Below are positions 45,531 to 57,801 of a stretch of 64,000 nucleotides of DNA, in pieces. The notes under the pieces were generated by a model, which had not been told where the DNA came from, did not search any database, and saw nothing but the letters and a program-made list of their open reading frames with translations. The stretch is taken from NCBI RefSeq assembly GCF_988243305.1, contig NZ_OZ547136.1. One strand, written 5' to 3'. The number at the start of each line of letters is the position of its first letter. The stretch's first letter is position 1. A program made the translations under genes and the position numbers.

Positions 45531-46502
45531 ATGAGTAAGATTTTTGAAGATAACTCGCTGACTATCGGTCACACGCCGCTGGTTCGCCTGAATCGCATCG
45601 GTAACGGACGCATTCTGGCGAAGGTGGAATCTCGTAACCCCAGCTTCAGCGTTAAGTGCCGTATCGGTGCTAACATGATTTGGGATGCCGAAAAGCGCGG
45701 CGTGCTGAAACCAGGCGTTGAACTGGTTGAACCAACCAGCGGTAATACCGGGATTGCACTGGCCTATGTCGCTGCCGCTCGCGGTTACAAACTTACCCTG
45801 ACCATGCCAGAAACCATGAGTATTGAACGCCGCAAGCTGCTGAAAGCGTTAGGTGCAAACCTGGTGCTGACCGAAGGTGCTAAAGGCATGAAAGGCGCAA
45901 TCCAAAAAGCAGAAGAAATTGTCGCCAGCAATCCAGAGAAATACCTGCTGCTGCAACAATTCAGCAATCCGGCAAACCCTGAAATTCACGAAAAAACCAC
46001 CGGTCCGGAGATCTGGGAAGATACCGACGGTCAGGTTGATGTATTTATTGCTGGCGTTGGGACTGGCGGTACGCTGACTGGCGTCAGCCGCTACATTAAA
46101 GGCACCAAAGGCAAGACCGATCTTATCTCTGTCGCCGTTGAGCCAACCGATTCTCCAGTTATCGCCCAGGCGCTGGCAGGTGAAGAGATTAAACCTGGCC
46201 CGCATAAAATTCAGGGTATTGGCGCTGGTTTTATCCCGGCTAACCTCGATCTCAAGCTGGTCGATAAAGTCATTGGCATTACCAATGAAGAAGCCATTTC
46301 TACCGCCCGTCGTCTGATGGAAGAAGAAGGTATTCTTGCAGGTATCTCTTCTGGAGCAGCTGTTGCCGCGGCGTTGAAACTACAAGAAGATGAAAGCTTT
46401 ACCAACAAGAATATTGTGGTTATTCTACCGTCATCGGGTGAGCGTTATTTAAGCACCGCATTGTTTGCCGATCTCTTCACTGAGAAAGAATTGCAACAGT
46501 AA
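45531..46502 (+). CDS. cysK: Cysteine synthase A (O-acetylserine sulfhydrylase A)
   Basis: 323 aa PLP enzyme with the SVKCR PLP-lysine motif. Confidence 0.95.
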   Translation: MSKIFEDNSLTIGHTPLVRLNRIGNGRILAKVESRNPSFSVKCRIGANMIWDAEKRGVLKPGVELVEPTSGNTGIALAYVAAARGYKLTLTMPETMSIERRKLLKALGANLVLTEGAKGMKGAIQKAEEIVASNPEKYLLLQQFSNPANPEIHEKTTGPEIWEDTDGQVDVFIAGVGTGGTLTGVSRYIKGTKGKTDLISVAVEPTDSPVIAQALAGEEIKPGPHKIQGIGAGFIPANLDLKLVDKVIGITNEEAISTARRLMEEEGILAGISSGAAVAAALKLQEDESFTNKNIVVILPSSGERYLSTALFADLFTEKELQQ

Positions 46503-46524
46503 TGCCAGCTTGTTAAAAATGCGT

Positions 46525-46552
46525 AAAAAAGCACCTTTTCAGGTGCTTTTTT
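46525..46552 (+). terminator. cysK terminator (AAAAAAGCACCttttcAGGTGCTTTTTT)
   Basis: Perfect hairpin plus T-tract 22 nt after the cysK stop. Confidence 0.85.
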
Positions 46553-46885
46553 GTGGCCTGCTTCAAACTTTCGCCCCTCCTGGCATTGATTCAGCCTGTC
46601 GGAACTGGTATTTAACCAGACTAATTATTTTGATGCGCGAAATTAATCGTTACAGGAAAAGCCAAAGCTGAATCGATTTTATGATTTGGTTCAATTCTTC
46701 CTTTAGCGGCATAATGTTTAATGACGTACGAAACGTCAGCGGTCAACACCCGCCAGCAATGGACTGTATTGCGCTCTTCGTGCGTCGCGTCTGTTAAAAA
46801 CTGGCGCTAACAATACAGGCTAAAGTCGAACCGCCAGGCTAGACTTTAGTTCCACAACACTAAACCTATAAGTTGGGGAAATACA

Positions 46886-47143
46886 ATGTTCCAGCAAGAA
46901 GTTACCATTACCGCTCCGAACGGTCTGCACACCCGCCCTGCTGCCCAGTTTGTAAAAGAAGCTAAGGGCTTCACTTCTGAAATTACTGTGACTTCCAACG
47001 GCAAAAGCGCCAGCGCGAAAAGCCTGTTTAAACTGCAGACTCTGGGCCTGACTCAAGGTACCGTTGTGACTATCTCCGCAGAAGGCGAAGACGAGCAGAA
47101 AGCGGTTGAACATCTGGTTAAACTGATGGCGGAACTCGAGTAA
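46886..47143 (+). CDS. ptsH: PTS phosphocarrier protein HPr
   Basis: 85 aa [26 protein letters not shown]... with the active-site His15 context. Confidence 0.95.
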
Positions 47144-47187
47144 TTTCCCGGGTTCTTTTAAAAATCAGTCACAAGTAAGGTAGGGTT

Positions 47188-48915
47188 ATGATTTCAGGCA
47201 TTTTAGCATCCCCGGGTATCGCTTTCGGTAAAGCTCTGCTTCTGAAAGAAGACGAAATTGTCATTGACCGGAAAAAAATTTCTGCCGACCAGGTTGATCA
47301 GGAAGTTGAACGTTTTCTGAGCGGTCGTGCCAAGGCATCAGCCCAGCTGGAAACGATCAAAACGAAAGCTGGTGAAACGTTCGGTGAAGAAAAAGAAGCC
47401 ATCTTTGAAGGGCATATTATGCTGCTCGAAGATGAGGAGCTGGAGCAGGAAATCATAGCCCTGATTAAAGATAAGCACATGACAGCGGACGCAGCTGCTC
47501 ATGAAGTTATCGAAGGTCAGGCTTCTGCCCTGGAAGAGCTGGATGATGAATACCTGAAAGAACGTGCGGCTGACGTACGTGATATCGGTAAGCGCCTGCT
47601 GCGCAACATCCTGGGCCTGAAGATTATCGACCTGAGCGCCATTCAGGATGAAGTCATTCTGGTTGCCGCTGACCTGACGCCGTCCGAAACTGCACAGCTG
47701 AACCTGAAGAAGGTGCTGGGTTTCATCACCGACGCGGGTGGCCGTACTTCCCACACCTCTATCATGGCGCGTTCTCTGGAACTGCCTGCTATCGTGGGTA
47801 CCGGTAGCGTCACCTCTCAGGTGAAAAATGACGACTATCTGATTCTGGATGCCGTAAATAATCAGGTTTACGTCAATCCAACCAACGAAGTTATTGATAA
47901 GATGCGCGCTGTTCAGGAGCAAGTGGCTTCTGAAAAAGCAGAGCTTGCTAAACTGAAAGATCTGCCAGCTATTACGCTGGACGGTCACCAGGTAGAAGTG
48001 TGCGCTAACATTGGTACGGTTCGTGACGTTGAAGGTGCAGAGCGTAACGGCGCTGAAGGCGTTGGTCTGTATCGTACTGAGTTTCTGTTCATGGACCGCG
48101 ACGCGCTGCCCACTGAAGAAGAACAGTTTGCTGCTTACAAAGCAGTGGCTGAAGCGTGTGGCTCGCAGGCGGTTATCGTTCGTACCATGGACATCGGCGG
48201 CGACAAAGAGCTGCCATACATGAACTTCCCGAAAGAAGAGAACCCGTTCCTCGGCTGGCGCGCTATCCGTATCGCGATGGATCGTAAAGAGATCCTGCGC
48301 GATCAGCTCCGCGCTATCCTGCGTGCCTCGGCTTTCGGTAAATTGCGCATTATGTTCCCGATGATCATCTCTGTTGAAGAAGTACGTGCACTGCGCAAAG
48401 AGATCGAAATCTACAAACAGGAACTGCGCGACGAAGGTAAAGCGTTTGACGAGTCTATTGAAATCGGCGTAATGGTGGAAACACCGGCTGCCGCAACAAT
48501 TGCACGTCATTTAGCCAAAGAAGTTGATTTCTTTAGTATCGGCACCAATGATTTAACGCAGTACACTCTGGCAGTTGACCGTGGTAATGATATGATTTCA
48601 CACCTTTACCAGCCAATGTCACCGTCCGTGCTGAACTTGATCAAGCAAGTTATTGATGCTTCTCATGCTGAAGGCAAATGGACTGGCATGTGTGGTGAGC
48701 TTGCAGGCGACGAACGTGCTACACTTCTGTTGCTGGGGATGGGTCTGGACGAATTCTCTATGAGCGCCATTTCTATCCCGCGCATTAAGAAGATTATCCG
48801 TAACACGAACTTCGAAGATGCGAAGGTGTTAGCAGAGCAGGCTCTTGCTCAACCGACAACGGACGAGTTAATGACGCTGGTTAACAAGTTCATTGAAGAA
48901 AAAACAATCTGCTAA
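47188..48915 (+). CDS. ptsI: PTS Enzyme I
   Basis: 575 aa ORF; phosphohistidine domain ([21 protein letters not shown]) and PEP-binding domain. Confidence 0.95.
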   Translation: MISGILASPGIAFGKALLLKEDEIVIDRKKISADQVDQEVERFLSGRAKASAQLETIKTKAGETFGEEKEAIFEGHIMLLEDEELEQEIIALIKDKHMTADAAAHEVIEGQASALEELDDEYLKERAADVRDIGKRLLRNILGLKIIDLSAIQDEVILVAADLTPSETAQLNLKKVLGFITDAGGRTSHTSIMARSLELPAIVGTGSVTSQVKNDDYLILDAVNNQVYVNPTNEVIDKMRAVQEQVASEKAELAKLKDLPAITLDGHQVEVCANIGTVRDVEGAERNGAEGVGLYRTEFLFMDRDALPTEEEQFAAYKAVAEACGSQAVIVRTMDIGGDKELPYMNFPKEENPFLGWRAIRIAMDRKEILRDQLRAILRASAFGKLRIMFPMIISVEEVRALRKEIEIYKQELRDEGKAFDESIEIGVMVETPAAATIARHLAKEVDFFSIGTNDLTQYTLAVDRGNDMISHLYQPMSPSVLNLIKQVIDASHAEGKWTGMCGELAGDERATLLLLGMGLDEFSMSAISIPRIKKIIRNTNFEDAKVLAEQALAQPTTDELMTLVNKFIEEKTIC

Positions 48916-48955
48916 TCCACGAGATGCGGCCCAATTTACTGCTTAGGAGAAGATC

Positions 48956-49465
48956 ATGGGTTTGTTCGATAAACTGAAATCTCTGGTTTCCGACGACAAG
49001 AAGGATACCGGAACTATTGAGATCATTGCTCCGCTCTCTGGCGAGATCGTCAATATCGAAGACGTGCCGGATGTCGTTTTTGCGGAAAAAATCGTTGGTG
49101 ATGGCATTGCTATCAAACCAACTGGAAACAAAATGGTCGCGCCTGTAGACGGCACCATTGGTAAAATCTTTGAAACCAACCACGCGTTCTCTATCGAATC
49201 TGATAGCGGCGTTGAACTGTTCGTCCACTTCGGTATCGACACCGTTGAACTGAAAGGCGAAGGCTTCAAGCGTATTGCTGAAGAAGGTCAGCGCGTGAAA
49301 GTTGGCGATACTGTCATTGAATTTGATCTGCCGCTGCTGGAAGAGAAAGCCAAGTCTACCCTGACTCCGGTTGTTATCTCCAACATGGACGAAATCAAAG
49401 AACTGATCAAACTGTCCGGTAGCGTAACCGTGGGTGAAACCCCGGTTATCCGCATCAAGAAGTAA
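48956..49465 (+). CDS. crr: PTS glucose-specific EIIA (EIIA-Glc)
   Basis: 169 aa [19 protein letters not shown]... Confidence 0.95.
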
Positions 49466-49480
49466 TTCTTGCCGCAGTGA

Positions 49481-49507
49481 AAAATGGCGCCCATCGGCGC
49501 CATTTTT
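49481..49507. terminator. Bidirectional terminator between crr and pdxK (AAAATGGCGCCcatcGGCGCCATTTTTT)
   Basis: Perfect hairpin with flanking A and T runs; overlaps the pdxK stop codon. Confidence 0.85.
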
Positions 49508-50358
49508 TATGCTTCCGCCAGCGGCGGCAAAATCAATTCATCGCTCTCATGCTGCTGGGTGTAGCGCATCACTTCCAGTACGCGTAATCCCGCGCTATGT
49601 ACCGCGTCAGTTAATTCCTTACCTTTCAACAAGCCACTGATAAGCTGAGCACAAAACAGGTCGCCAGTCCCTTTCAGGTCAGTTTTAACCCGTGAATGGG
49701 AAATGACATTCACGCTGTCGGCACTGACCACCACCACCTGCATCTCCTGATTTTCTTCATTACCGGAGGCGCTGGTAATCACCACCCATTTTAATGTGTC
49801 TGAAAGCAGACTTTTTGCGGCAGCAATGGCACTGTCGAGATCGCGGCAATTTTTACCGGTCAGGATTTCCAGCTCAAAGATATTGGGGGTAATTCCCTGC
49901 GCTAGCGGCAGTAAATATTGTCGATACGCCTCGGGAAGGTCAGGTTTGACATAAATTCCGCTATCAATATCGCCAATCACCGGATCGACCATGATCAATA
50001 GGTCAGGATGGTCTTTGCGTAGTGCAGTCAGCCACTCGGCAAGGATTTTGATTTGCGATGCCGTTCCCATATAGCCCGTGGTTACAGCTCGAAGTTGGCG
50101 CAGCGCATCACGCTCCTGAAGCGCACGCAAATAGCCGCTAAACCATTCGTCCGGAATCGCACCACCGTAGAAAGTGTCATAATGCGGTGTATTGCTCAGC
50201 AATACCGTCGGCACGGCAAAGACATTCAGGCCGTTCTGTTTGATAGCAGGCACGGCAATGCTGTTGCCTACGCTGCCGTACACTACCTGCGACTGCACGG
50301 CGACGATATCCGCCTGCAATGCCCTGCTCTTATCGTTAAACAACAACAAACTACTCAT
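49507..50358 (-). CDS. pdxK: Pyridoxal/pyridoxine/pyridoxamine kinase
   Basis: 283 aa ORF of the PfkB/ribokinase superfamily. Confidence 0.9.
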   Translation of the reverse strand: MSSLLLFNDKSRALQADIVAVQSQVVYGSVGNSIAVPAIKQNGLNVFAVPTVLLSNTPHYDTFYGGAIPDEWFSGYLRALQERDALRQLRAVTTGYMGTASQIKILAEWLTALRKDHPDLLIMVDPVIGDIDSGIYVKPDLPEAYRQYLLPLAQGITPNIFELEILTGKNCRDLDSAIAAAKSLLSDTLKWVVITSASGNEENQEMQVVVVSADSVNVISHSRVKTDLKGTGDLFCAQLISGLLKGKELTDAVHSAGLRVLEVMRYTQQHESDELILPPLAEA

Positions 50359-50399
50359 TTAATTTTTTCTCCTTGCCGATGATCCTCATCGTATTCCAG

Positions 50400-50831
<432 letters not shown>

Positions 50832-50833
50832 TC

Positions 50834-51745
50834 TTAAATCCCCGCCCCCTGGCTAAAGTGTTCTTCCCCAAACACGCCGGTGGAGAGGTAGCGATCGCCG
50901 CGATCGCAGATGATCGCCACAACCACCGCGCCGGGGTTAGCTTTTGCCACGCGCAGTGCTCCGGCAACCGCGCCGCCGGAGCTAACGCCACAGAATATTC
51001 CTTCCCGCACCGCCAGTTCACGCATGGTGTTTTCCGCATCGCTCTGATGAATATCCAGCACCTCATCCACCAGCGAAGCGTTGAAAATCCCCGGCAGATA
51101 TTCCGCAGGCCAGCGGCGAATGCCGGGAATGCTACTGCCCTCTTCCGGCTGCAGGCCAACAATGGTCACCGGTTTGGATTGTTCGCGCATAAAGCGTGAA
51201 ACGCCGGTGATAGTGCCGGTTGTTCCCATGCTGGAGACAAAATGGGTAATGCGCCCGCCGGTTTGCTGCCAGATTTCCGGCCCGGTGGTGGTGTAATGGG
51301 CGTAAGGGTTATCAGGATTATTGAACTGATCGAGCAGCTTTCCTTCGCCACGATTCGCCATCTCCAGCGCCAGATCGCGCGCACCTTCCATGCCCTGCTC
51401 TTTGGTGACAAGAATCAGTTCCGCACCATAAGCACGCATCGCCGCACGGCGTTCCTGGCTCATGTTGTCGGGCATCAGCAATTTCATGCGATAGCCTTTA
51501 AGCGCGGCAATCATTGCCAGCGCAATGCCGGTGTTACCACTGGTGGCTTCGATCAGCACGTCACCCGGTTTAATTTCCCCGCGCTTTTCCGCCTCGACGA
51601 TCATCGAAAGCGCCGCACGATCTTTCACCGAACCTGCCGGGTTATTGCCTTCCAGTTTTAACCACACTTCACTGCCGTTATCCGGCCCCATTCGCTGCAA
51701 CTTCACCAGAGGCGTATTGCCAATTGTTTGTTCTAATGTACTCAC
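50834..51745 (-). CDS. cysM: Cysteine synthase B (O-acetylserine sulfhydrylase B)
   Basis: ORF 50834-51823; I prefer the GTG at 51745 (V/M-STLEQTIGNTPLVKL...). 303 aa. Confidence 0.9.
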   Translation of the reverse strand: MSTLEQTIGNTPLVKLQRMGPDNGSEVWLKLEGNNPAGSVKDRAALSMIVEAEKRGEIKPGDVLIEATSGNTGIALAMIAALKGYRMKLLMPDNMSQERRAAMRAYGAELILVTKEQGMEGARDLALEMANRGEGKLLDQFNNPDNPYAHYTTTGPEIWQQTGGRITHFVSSMGTTGTITGVSRFMREQSKPVTIVGLQPEEGSSIPGIRRWPAEYLPGIFNASLVDEVLDIHQSDAENTMRELAVREGIFCGVSSGGAVAGALRVAKANPGAVVVAIICDRGDRYLSTGVFGEEHFSQGAGI

Positions 51746-51768
51746 GATCTCTATCCATACGTGGTGTT

Positions 51769-51804
51769 GCCTGATGCGACGCTTGCGCGTCTTATCAGGC
51801 CTAC
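51769..51804. repeat. REP element (GCCTGATGCGACGCTTGCGCGTCTTATCAGGCCTAC) between cysA and cysM
   Basis: Canonical REP palindrome in the cysA-cysM intercistronic gap. Confidence 0.8.
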
Positions 51805-51878
51805 AGGTTACAAACCTTGCCATTAAAAAGCCCGGATCGCGGGAAGCGCCTCCGGGCGTTTAACATTCACTCAACCTA

Positions 51879-52976
51879 TCAGGCGCTTTGTGCGAGAGCA
51901 AGTTCCTCATCGCGGGTTTCAATACGCTCGTCGCCGTTATACAGCCGCGCATGTTGCAGACCAACGAATAAACGCTCGCCACGTTGCGGGGCGTCGTCGC
52001 CGTGCATCACGACCGTCAGCGCTTCGTTGTACCACCCCAGCGGCTGCACGACTAATTGGGTGTAGTGGCCTTTCGGGCTGGCTTCCAGTACCTGTACCGG
52101 CAGCGGCGAATCGAGGCTGGTACGGCGGCTGATATCCACTTCCCACGGGCGCAGGAAGAGATCCACCGGCCCCTGATACGCAGGTGTATAGCCCAGCGGC
52201 CAGCGATGTGCGCCAACATGGAACTGCCCGCCGCGAATGGTTCCCTGCAGGCGGTTCACTTCGCCCATAAATTCGAGCACAAAGCGGGTCGCTGGTTCGC
52301 GCCATACCTGATCCGGCGCATCAGCCTGCTCGATATTGCCCTGGCTCATCACCACTACACGATCGGCTACTTCGGTCGCTTCTTCCTGGTCATGGGTCAC
52401 GAATACGCTGGTAAATTTCAGTTCTTCATGCAGTTGACGCAACCAGCGACGCAGCTCTTTACGCACCTGCGCATCCAGCGCGCCAAACGGTTCATCAAGC
52501 AGCAGAATTTGCGGTTCTACAGCAAGCGCACGCGCCAGCGCCACACGCTGTTTCTGCCCGCCGGAAAGCTGCGCCGGATAACGATCCGCCAGATGGGCAA
52601 GCTGGACCATCTCGAGCAATTTTGTCACTTTCGCTTTGATAGCTGCGGCATTCGGGCGCTCGCGACGCGGCAGCACCGTCAGGCCAAAAGCGATATTGTC
52701 GAACACCGTCATATGGCGGAACAGCGCGTAATGCTGAAACACGAAACCGACTTTACGATCGCGCGCATGCAGGCGGCTGACGTCGGTGCCGTGGAAGCGA
52801 ATATGCCCGCTGGTTTGATGCTCAAGCCCGGCGATAATCCGCAGCAGCGTGGTTTTCCCGGAACCAGACGGCCCCAGCAATGCGACCATCTGACCAGAAG
52901 GAATATCCAGTGAGATATCGTTCAGCACCTGGGTGCGACCAAACGACTTCTTAATATTGGCAATCTCAATGCTCAT
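51879..52976 (-). CDS. cysA: Sulfate/thiosulfate ABC transporter ATP-binding protein
   Basis: 365 aa ORF with Walker A (GPSGSGKTT), ABC signature (LSGGQKQR) and Walker B (LLLDEP). Confidence 0.95.
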   Translation of the reverse strand: MSIEIANIKKSFGRTQVLNDISLDIPSGQMVALLGPSGSGKTTLLRIIAGLEHQTSGHIRFHGTDVSRLHARDRKVGFVFQHYALFRHMTVFDNIAFGLTVLPRRERPNAAAIKAKVTKLLEMVQLAHLADRYPAQLSGGQKQRVALARALAVEPQILLLDEPFGALDAQVRKELRRWLRQLHEELKFTSVFVTHDQEEATEVADRVVVMSQGNIEQADAPDQVWREPATRFVLEFMGEVNRLQGTIRGGQFHVGAHRWPLGYTPAYQGPVDLFLRPWEVDISRRTSLDSPLPVQVLEASPKGHYTQLVVQPLGWYNEALTVVMHGDDAPQRGERLFVGLQHARLYNGDERIETRDEELALAQSA

Positions 52977-53841
52977 GATGTTCCTCCTGCTGCGCGCGTT
53001 TTTCCTGATTCTCCAGACGCCACTGCAACATACTCTTTAAAAACAGGGTGATAATCGCCATCAGCGTCAACAACGCGGCAGCGGTAAAGGAGCCGACGGT
53101 GTTGTAGTCTTGCTCCAGCAATTCAATCTGTAGCGGCAGCGAAAGTGTTTCGCCGCGAATCGAGCCGGAAACCACCGACACCGCACCAAACTCGCCAATC
53201 GCGCGGGCGTTGGTCAGCACCACGCCATAAAGCAGCGCCCAGCGGATGTTCGGCAGCGTGACGCGGCGAAACATCTGCCAGCCAGACGCGCCAAGCAAAA
53301 TCGCCGCTTCGTCTTCCTGGCTGCCCTGGCTTAACATCACCGGCACCAGCTCACGCACCACAAACGGACACGTCACGAAGATGGTGACCAGCACCATTCC
53401 CGGCCAGGAGAACATAATTTGCAGATTATGTTCATCCAGCCAGCCACCGAGCGGGCCGTTAGAGCCGTAAAACAGCAGATACACCAGACCGGCAACCACC
53501 GGCGACACGGCAAACGGAATGTCCAGCAGCGTCAGCAGCAACTGGCGTCCGGGGAAGTTAAAGCGCGTCACCAGCCAGGCCAGCAGAATGCCGAACACCA
53601 GGTTCACCGGCACGGCAATCAGCGCAATCATCACCGTCAGCCAGATGGCGTGCAGCATGTCCGGATCGGCCAGATTCTGTAAAACTGGCATCAGCCCTTT
53701 GCTGAATGCCTGCACGAAGATGTAAATCATCGGCACCAGCAGGATGAACGCCGAAACCAGCATCCCGATGCCAATCAGAAACCATTTGCCCCAGTTAATC
53801 GGGCGCGCGTCATAACGCTTCAATTGGGTAACTTCCGCCAT
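52966..53841 (-). CDS. cysW: Sulfate/thiosulfate ABC transporter permease
   Basis: 291 aa permease ORF; its start overlaps the cysU stop by 1 nt. Confidence 0.9.
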   Translation of the reverse strand: MAEVTQLKRYDARPINWGKWFLIGIGMLVSAFILLVPMIYIFVQAFSKGLMPVLQNLADPDMLHAIWLTVMIALIAVPVNLVFGILLAWLVTRFNFPGRQLLLTLLDIPFAVSPVVAGLVYLLFYGSNGPLGGWLDEHNLQIMFSWPGMVLVTIFVTCPFVVRELVPVMLSQGSQEDEAAILLGASGWQMFRRVTLPNIRWALLYGVVLTNARAIGEFGAVSVVSGSIRGETLSLPLQIELLEQDYNTVGSFTAAALLTLMAIITLFLKSMLQWRLENQEKRAQQEEHHEH

Positions 53842-54674
53842 TAATGACCTACCACACGCCGACCAAAGCGACTTTGCAGAGTGTTAATTGAGAACAGCAG
53901 CAGCAGGGATGCCGCGAGGATCACCGAAGCAATCGCGCTCGCCGCCGGGTAATCAAACTCCTGCAAGCGCACAAAAATCATCAGCGACGTCACTTCCGTC
54001 TTCCAGGCAATGTTCCCGGCGATAAAAATTACCGCGCCAAACTCACCGAGGCTGCGGGTAAACGACAGCGCCACGCCCGCCACCAGCGCCGGAGAAAGCT
54101 CCGGCAGCACCACTTTGCAGAAACTCTGCCAGCGCGTTGCGCCGAGCGTTTCCGCCGCTTCTTCATATTCCGGGCCTAACTCTTCCAGCACCGGCTGCAC
54201 GGTACGCACCACAAACGGAATACTGGTAAAAGCCATCGCCACCGCAATCCCCAGCCAGGTATAGGTAACTTTGATATCAAACTTCGCCAGCCATTCACCG
54301 TAAAAACCGTTCACGGAAAAGAGCGAGGCCAGCGTCAAACCGGCGACTGCCGTTGGCAGCGCAAAGGGTAAATCCATCAGCGCATCAAGCAGCGTGCGGC
54401 CCGGAAAGCGATAACGGGTTAAGATCCACGCCATCAGCAGGCCGAAAACGCCGTTAAAAATTGATGCCACAAACGCCGACAGCAGCGTCACTTTGTAGGC
54501 CGCGACCACTTGTGGGTTGGTGATCACCTCCCAGTACTGCGCCCAGCTCATCTGAGCCAGCTGCATCACCAGCGCGGAGAGCGGCAGCAGCAAAATAAGG
54601 CACACAAACAGCAGACTGGTGCCGAGGCTTAAGGTAAAGCCCGGCAGCACGCGTCTTGATGAAACTGCAAACAT
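53841..54674 (-). CDS. cysU: Sulfate/thiosulfate ABC transporter permease
   Basis: 277 aa permease ORF; its start overlaps the cysP stop by 1 nt. Confidence 0.9.
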   Translation of the reverse strand: MFAVSSRRVLPGFTLSLGTSLLFVCLILLLPLSALVMQLAQMSWAQYWEVITNPQVVAAYKVTLLSAFVASIFNGVFGLLMAWILTRYRFPGRTLLDALMDLPFALPTAVAGLTLASLFSVNGFYGEWLAKFDIKVTYTWLGIAVAMAFTSIPFVVRTVQPVLEELGPEYEEAAETLGATRWQSFCKVVLPELSPALVAGVALSFTRSLGEFGAVIFIAGNIAWKTEVTSLMIFVRLQEFDYPAASAIASVILAASLLLLFSINTLQSRFGRRVVGH

Positions 54675-55690
54675 TAATTACGCCCCGCCGCTAACAGCTT
54701 GTCTAACTCGCCGCCGCTGGTGAAGTGGGTTTTCATCACTTCCGGCCAGGAGCCAAATTTGTCTTCCACGCGGAACAGTTCGGTCTGCGGGAATTTGTCT
54801 TTCAGTTTGTCCATGACTTCCGGGTTATTTACGCGGTAGTAATAGTCGGTGATGATGGTTTGCGCCTGCGGGCTGTAGAGCCAGTTCAGGTAAGCTTTTG
54901 CTGTTTTTTCCGTACCGTTGGCCTGCACGTTTTTATCGACCCACGCCACCGGGAATTCCGCCAGAATATTGGTTTTCGGAATCACCACTTCAAAGCCTTG
55001 CGCTTCATACTGTTTGCGAATGTTGTTCACTTCCGATTCAAAGCTAATCAGTACATCGCCCAGCCCGCGCTCGGCAAAAGTGGTGGTCGCGCCACGACCG
55101 CCGGTATCGAACACTTCAACGTTTTTCAGGAACTGGGTCATAAACTGTTCGGTTTTGGCTTTGTCGCCACCGTCAGCTTTATCCGCTGCGCCCCATGCCG
55201 CCAGATAGGTATAACGCGCGTTACCCGACGTTTTCGGATTCGGGAAAATCAGCTTCACGTCGGAGCGCACGAGGTCGTTCCAGTCGTGAATATTCTTCGG
55301 GTTGCCCTTACGCACCAGGAAGCCCATGGTGGAGTAGAACGGCGAGCTATTATTCGGCAGGCGCGACTGCCAGTCGGCCGGGATCAGCTTGCCTTTATCG
55401 TGCAGGATTTGTACGTCGGTCACCTGGTTATAAGTGACAACGTCGGCTTTTAAGCCCTGTAAAATCGCCAGCGCCTGTTTTGATGACCCGGCATGTGATT
55501 GTTTTATCGTCAGTTTGTCGCCGCCGTTATCTTTTGCCCATTGTTGCTCAAACGGCGGATTCAGGGCGGCAAACAGCTCGCGGGAGACGTCATAAGAACT
55601 GTTCAGCAGTTCCGTTGCCTGTACATGGCCCGCCAGCAGCAGAGAAGCGACCAGCGCGAGTGAGTTCTTTTTCAGTAAGTTAACGGCCAT
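54674..55690 (-). CDS. cysP: Periplasmic thiosulfate-binding protein
   Basis: 338 aa ORF with a signal peptide; sulfate/thiosulfate-binding protein family. Confidence 0.9.
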   Translation of the reverse strand: MAVNLLKKNSLALVASLLLAGHVQATELLNSSYDVSRELFAALNPPFEQQWAKDNGGDKLTIKQSHAGSSKQALAILQGLKADVVTYNQVTDVQILHDKGKLIPADWQSRLPNNSSPFYSTMGFLVRKGNPKNIHDWNDLVRSDVKLIFPNPKTSGNARYTYLAAWGAADKADGGDKAKTEQFMTQFLKNVEVFDTGGRGATTTFAERGLGDVLISFESEVNNIRKQYEAQGFEVVIPKTNILAEFPVAWVDKNVQANGTEKTAKAYLNWLYSPQAQTIITDYYYRVNNPEVMDKLKDKFPQTELFRVEDKFGSWPEVMKTHFTSGGELDKLLAAGRN

Positions 55691-55860
55691 TGCGCACCCT
55701 TATAAATTTAATGACTTTCTAATAGCCATCATATTTATAACGGACGTGAAAGGAGTAACGGTTTTATATACCGTTTGGTGATTTGGAAGTTGAAAAGGGA
55801 ATAAGAACCGGGTTCAAGACGAAATCCTCCCCACAAATGCAGGGAGGAAACAGAGGTGAA

Positions 55861-56652
55861 TCAGATGCCGACGCTAACCGTCTCCGGCAGTGTGCTGCCG
55901 CCATCAATCACATTCTGTGTACCGGTTAAATAACTTGATTCATCCGATGCGAGGAAGGCTGCCAGTTCGCCGACTTCCAGCGGATCGGCGAGGCGACGCA
56001 TCGGGATTGCTTTTGCCATTTCAGTCAGCACCGATTCTGGATCTTCCGGGTTCGACTGGCGGGCAATGCTTTCCGCCATTGGCGTGCGAACGTATCCCGG
56101 GCAGATGGCGTTAACGCGAATACCAGACTGCGCGTACTCCACCGCCAGCGATTTAGTCAGGCCAACAATCGCCGCTTTCGTTAAGGCATACGCCGTTTCA
56201 CCCGGATCGGCCACCATATCGCCAGTGACTGAAGACATCATCACAATGCGACCATCTTTGCGGGCAATCATCTCCGGCAGCACCGCCTTCGTGACGTTCC
56301 ATACGCCTTTAATATTGATATCAATATGGAAATCGCGATCTTCATCGCTCATATCGAGGAAACTGCCCAGACGACAAACGCCTGCGTTATTCACCAGAAT
56401 ATCAATGCGCCCTTCTTTTTCCTTCGCGCGCTTAATAGCTGCGGCTACCGACGCCGGGTCACGCACATCGGCGACAACCGCCGTACAGCGATGACCACGA
56501 CCACACAGTTCGTCCGCCAGCTTTTCGATCTCAGGGGAGATATCCAGCAAGATTAGGTTTGCGCCATGACGCGCAAAAGTTCTGGCAATTCCTTCGCCAA
56601 TTCCCTGCAATGCGCCCGTAATCAGTGCTGTCTTGCCCGTGAGTTTACCCAT
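55861..56652 (-). CDS. ucpA: Short-chain dehydrogenase/reductase (SDR) oxidoreductase
   Basis: ORF 55861-56718; I prefer the ATG at 56652 (MGKLTGKTALITGALQGIG...). Rossmann TGxxxGIG motif; 263 aa. Confidence 0.85.
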   Translation of the reverse strand: MGKLTGKTALITGALQGIGEGIARTFARHGANLILLDISPEIEKLADELCGRGHRCTAVVADVRDPASVAAAIKRAKEKEGRIDILVNNAGVCRLGSFLDMSDEDRDFHIDINIKGVWNVTKAVLPEMIARKDGRIVMMSSVTGDMVADPGETAYALTKAAIVGLTKSLAVEYAQSGIRVNAICPGYVRTPMAESIARQSNPEDPESVLTEMAKAIPMRRLADPLEVGELAAFLASDESSYLTGTQNVIDGGSTLPETVSVGI

Positions 56653-56780
56653 TTTAATGCTCTCCTTGTTAATACAGAGCGTTACACTCCATTCCCTCTG
56701 AAAATACAGGATAAACAAAATATTGCTGCGGATCAGCTCACTAATTCAGGAAAATCTCAATCCAGTCGCTGCTTTATGCA

Positions 56781-57638
56781 TCATTTCAGGCGTTGCGTTA
56801 GCTCACTGCTGCGCTCAATCATTTTCAATGACTCCACATCATTGAGTTGCACAAGGCCAACAAACAGTAAATCGGTAACAGAATTTTGCGCCGTGCGGGT
56901 GGACATCGACGAGCTGCGCCATTCGGTTTCGCCAGAAACGGTATCGAGAGTGTAATGCGCCAGCCGCCGCAGCGGGGAATCGGTTAATGAGGTAATGGCA
57001 ATCACCGTTGCCCCCTGCTTTCGCGCTGCCTCGGCGCACAAGACAATCTCTTTTTTACTGCCGCTGTAAGAGATAGCGATTTGTACATCGCCTTTTTTCA
57101 GCGCCTGGGAAACGGTGGCTTGTACATGCGTGTCAGCTTCACAGGCCACACGATAACCAATTTTCATCAGTTTGAATGAAAGATCGCGCCCCACCAGCGC
57201 CGACCCGCCCAGGCCCGTTATCTGGATAAATGGCGCTTTACTGATGACCTCAATGATTTTTTGCAGCCGCGCGTAGTCGAACAACGCGCAGGTTTGCTCC
57301 AGCGCCAGCTCTTTTTCGCGATTCAGTTTGCGGGCAATCACTTCCAGCGAATCATCACTGGTAATCGAACTGTGCAGGTGCAGCGCCGTGGCATTCGTTT
57401 TCTCCCGGCTGGCACTGTATTCGCCAATTAACGCCATACGCAATTCAGTAAATCCTTGCGCGCCGAGCTTCTGGGCAAATTTCACAATGCTCGACTGACT
57501 GATGCCGAGCTGTTTCGCCATCTTGCGCGAAGAGACGGATTTCAGCTCACTCACGTTGGCCCGCAGAAAGTCAGCAATTTTTTGCTCGTTCTCGGTAAAT
57601 TCACTTTCCGCATTGCGTATTTTCGTCAGGTACAACAT
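56781..57638 (-). CDS. murR: RpiR/MurR-family regulator (HTH plus SIS domain) of murQP
   Basis: ORF 56781-57893; I prefer the ATG at 57638 ([14 protein letters not shown]...). 285 aa, divergent from murQ. Confidence 0.85.
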   Translation of the reverse strand: MLYLTKIRNAESEFTENEQKIADFLRANVSELKSVSSRKMAKQLGISQSSIVKFAQKLGAQGFTELRMALIGEYSASREKTNATALHLHSSITSDDSLEVIARKLNREKELALEQTCALFDYARLQKIIEVISKAPFIQITGLGGSALVGRDLSFKLMKIGYRVACEADTHVQATVSQALKKGDVQIAISYSGSKKEIVLCAEAARKQGATVIAITSLTDSPLRRLAHYTLDTVSGETEWRSSSMSTRTAQNSVTDLLFVGLVQLNDVESLKMIERSSELTQRLK

Positions 57639-57801
57639 CTTCCACTCTCCTGGGCTGGCAGCAAAAATTCCGCTTAAGTTCTTATGACGCTCTTCACACT
57701 CTGCGAGTGTAGACTCAATGATTCCTTTAAGTCTGTCAATTCGGGATATATGATTCCATACATCTGCAATTATTTGATCGTAAATAGTAAGGTCACCACC
57801 G

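Noticed and set aside
46553-46885. Palindrome GACGTacgaaACGTC upstream of ptsH as a possible operator
   Set aside because: I cannot match it confidently to Mlc or CRP consensus from memory, so it is left uncalled. The ptsH promoter region is known to be complex and needs footprint data.
47338-48510. 390 aa ORF antisense to ptsI
   Set aside because: It is entirely embedded antisense to a highly conserved gene, with no recognisable motifs and no independent start context; a typical shadow ORF.
52056-52913. 285 aa ORF antisense to cysA (also 51937-52305 and 53419-53682)
   Set aside because: Shadow ORFs typical of GC-rich coding regions; cysA has clear Walker motifs on the other strand.
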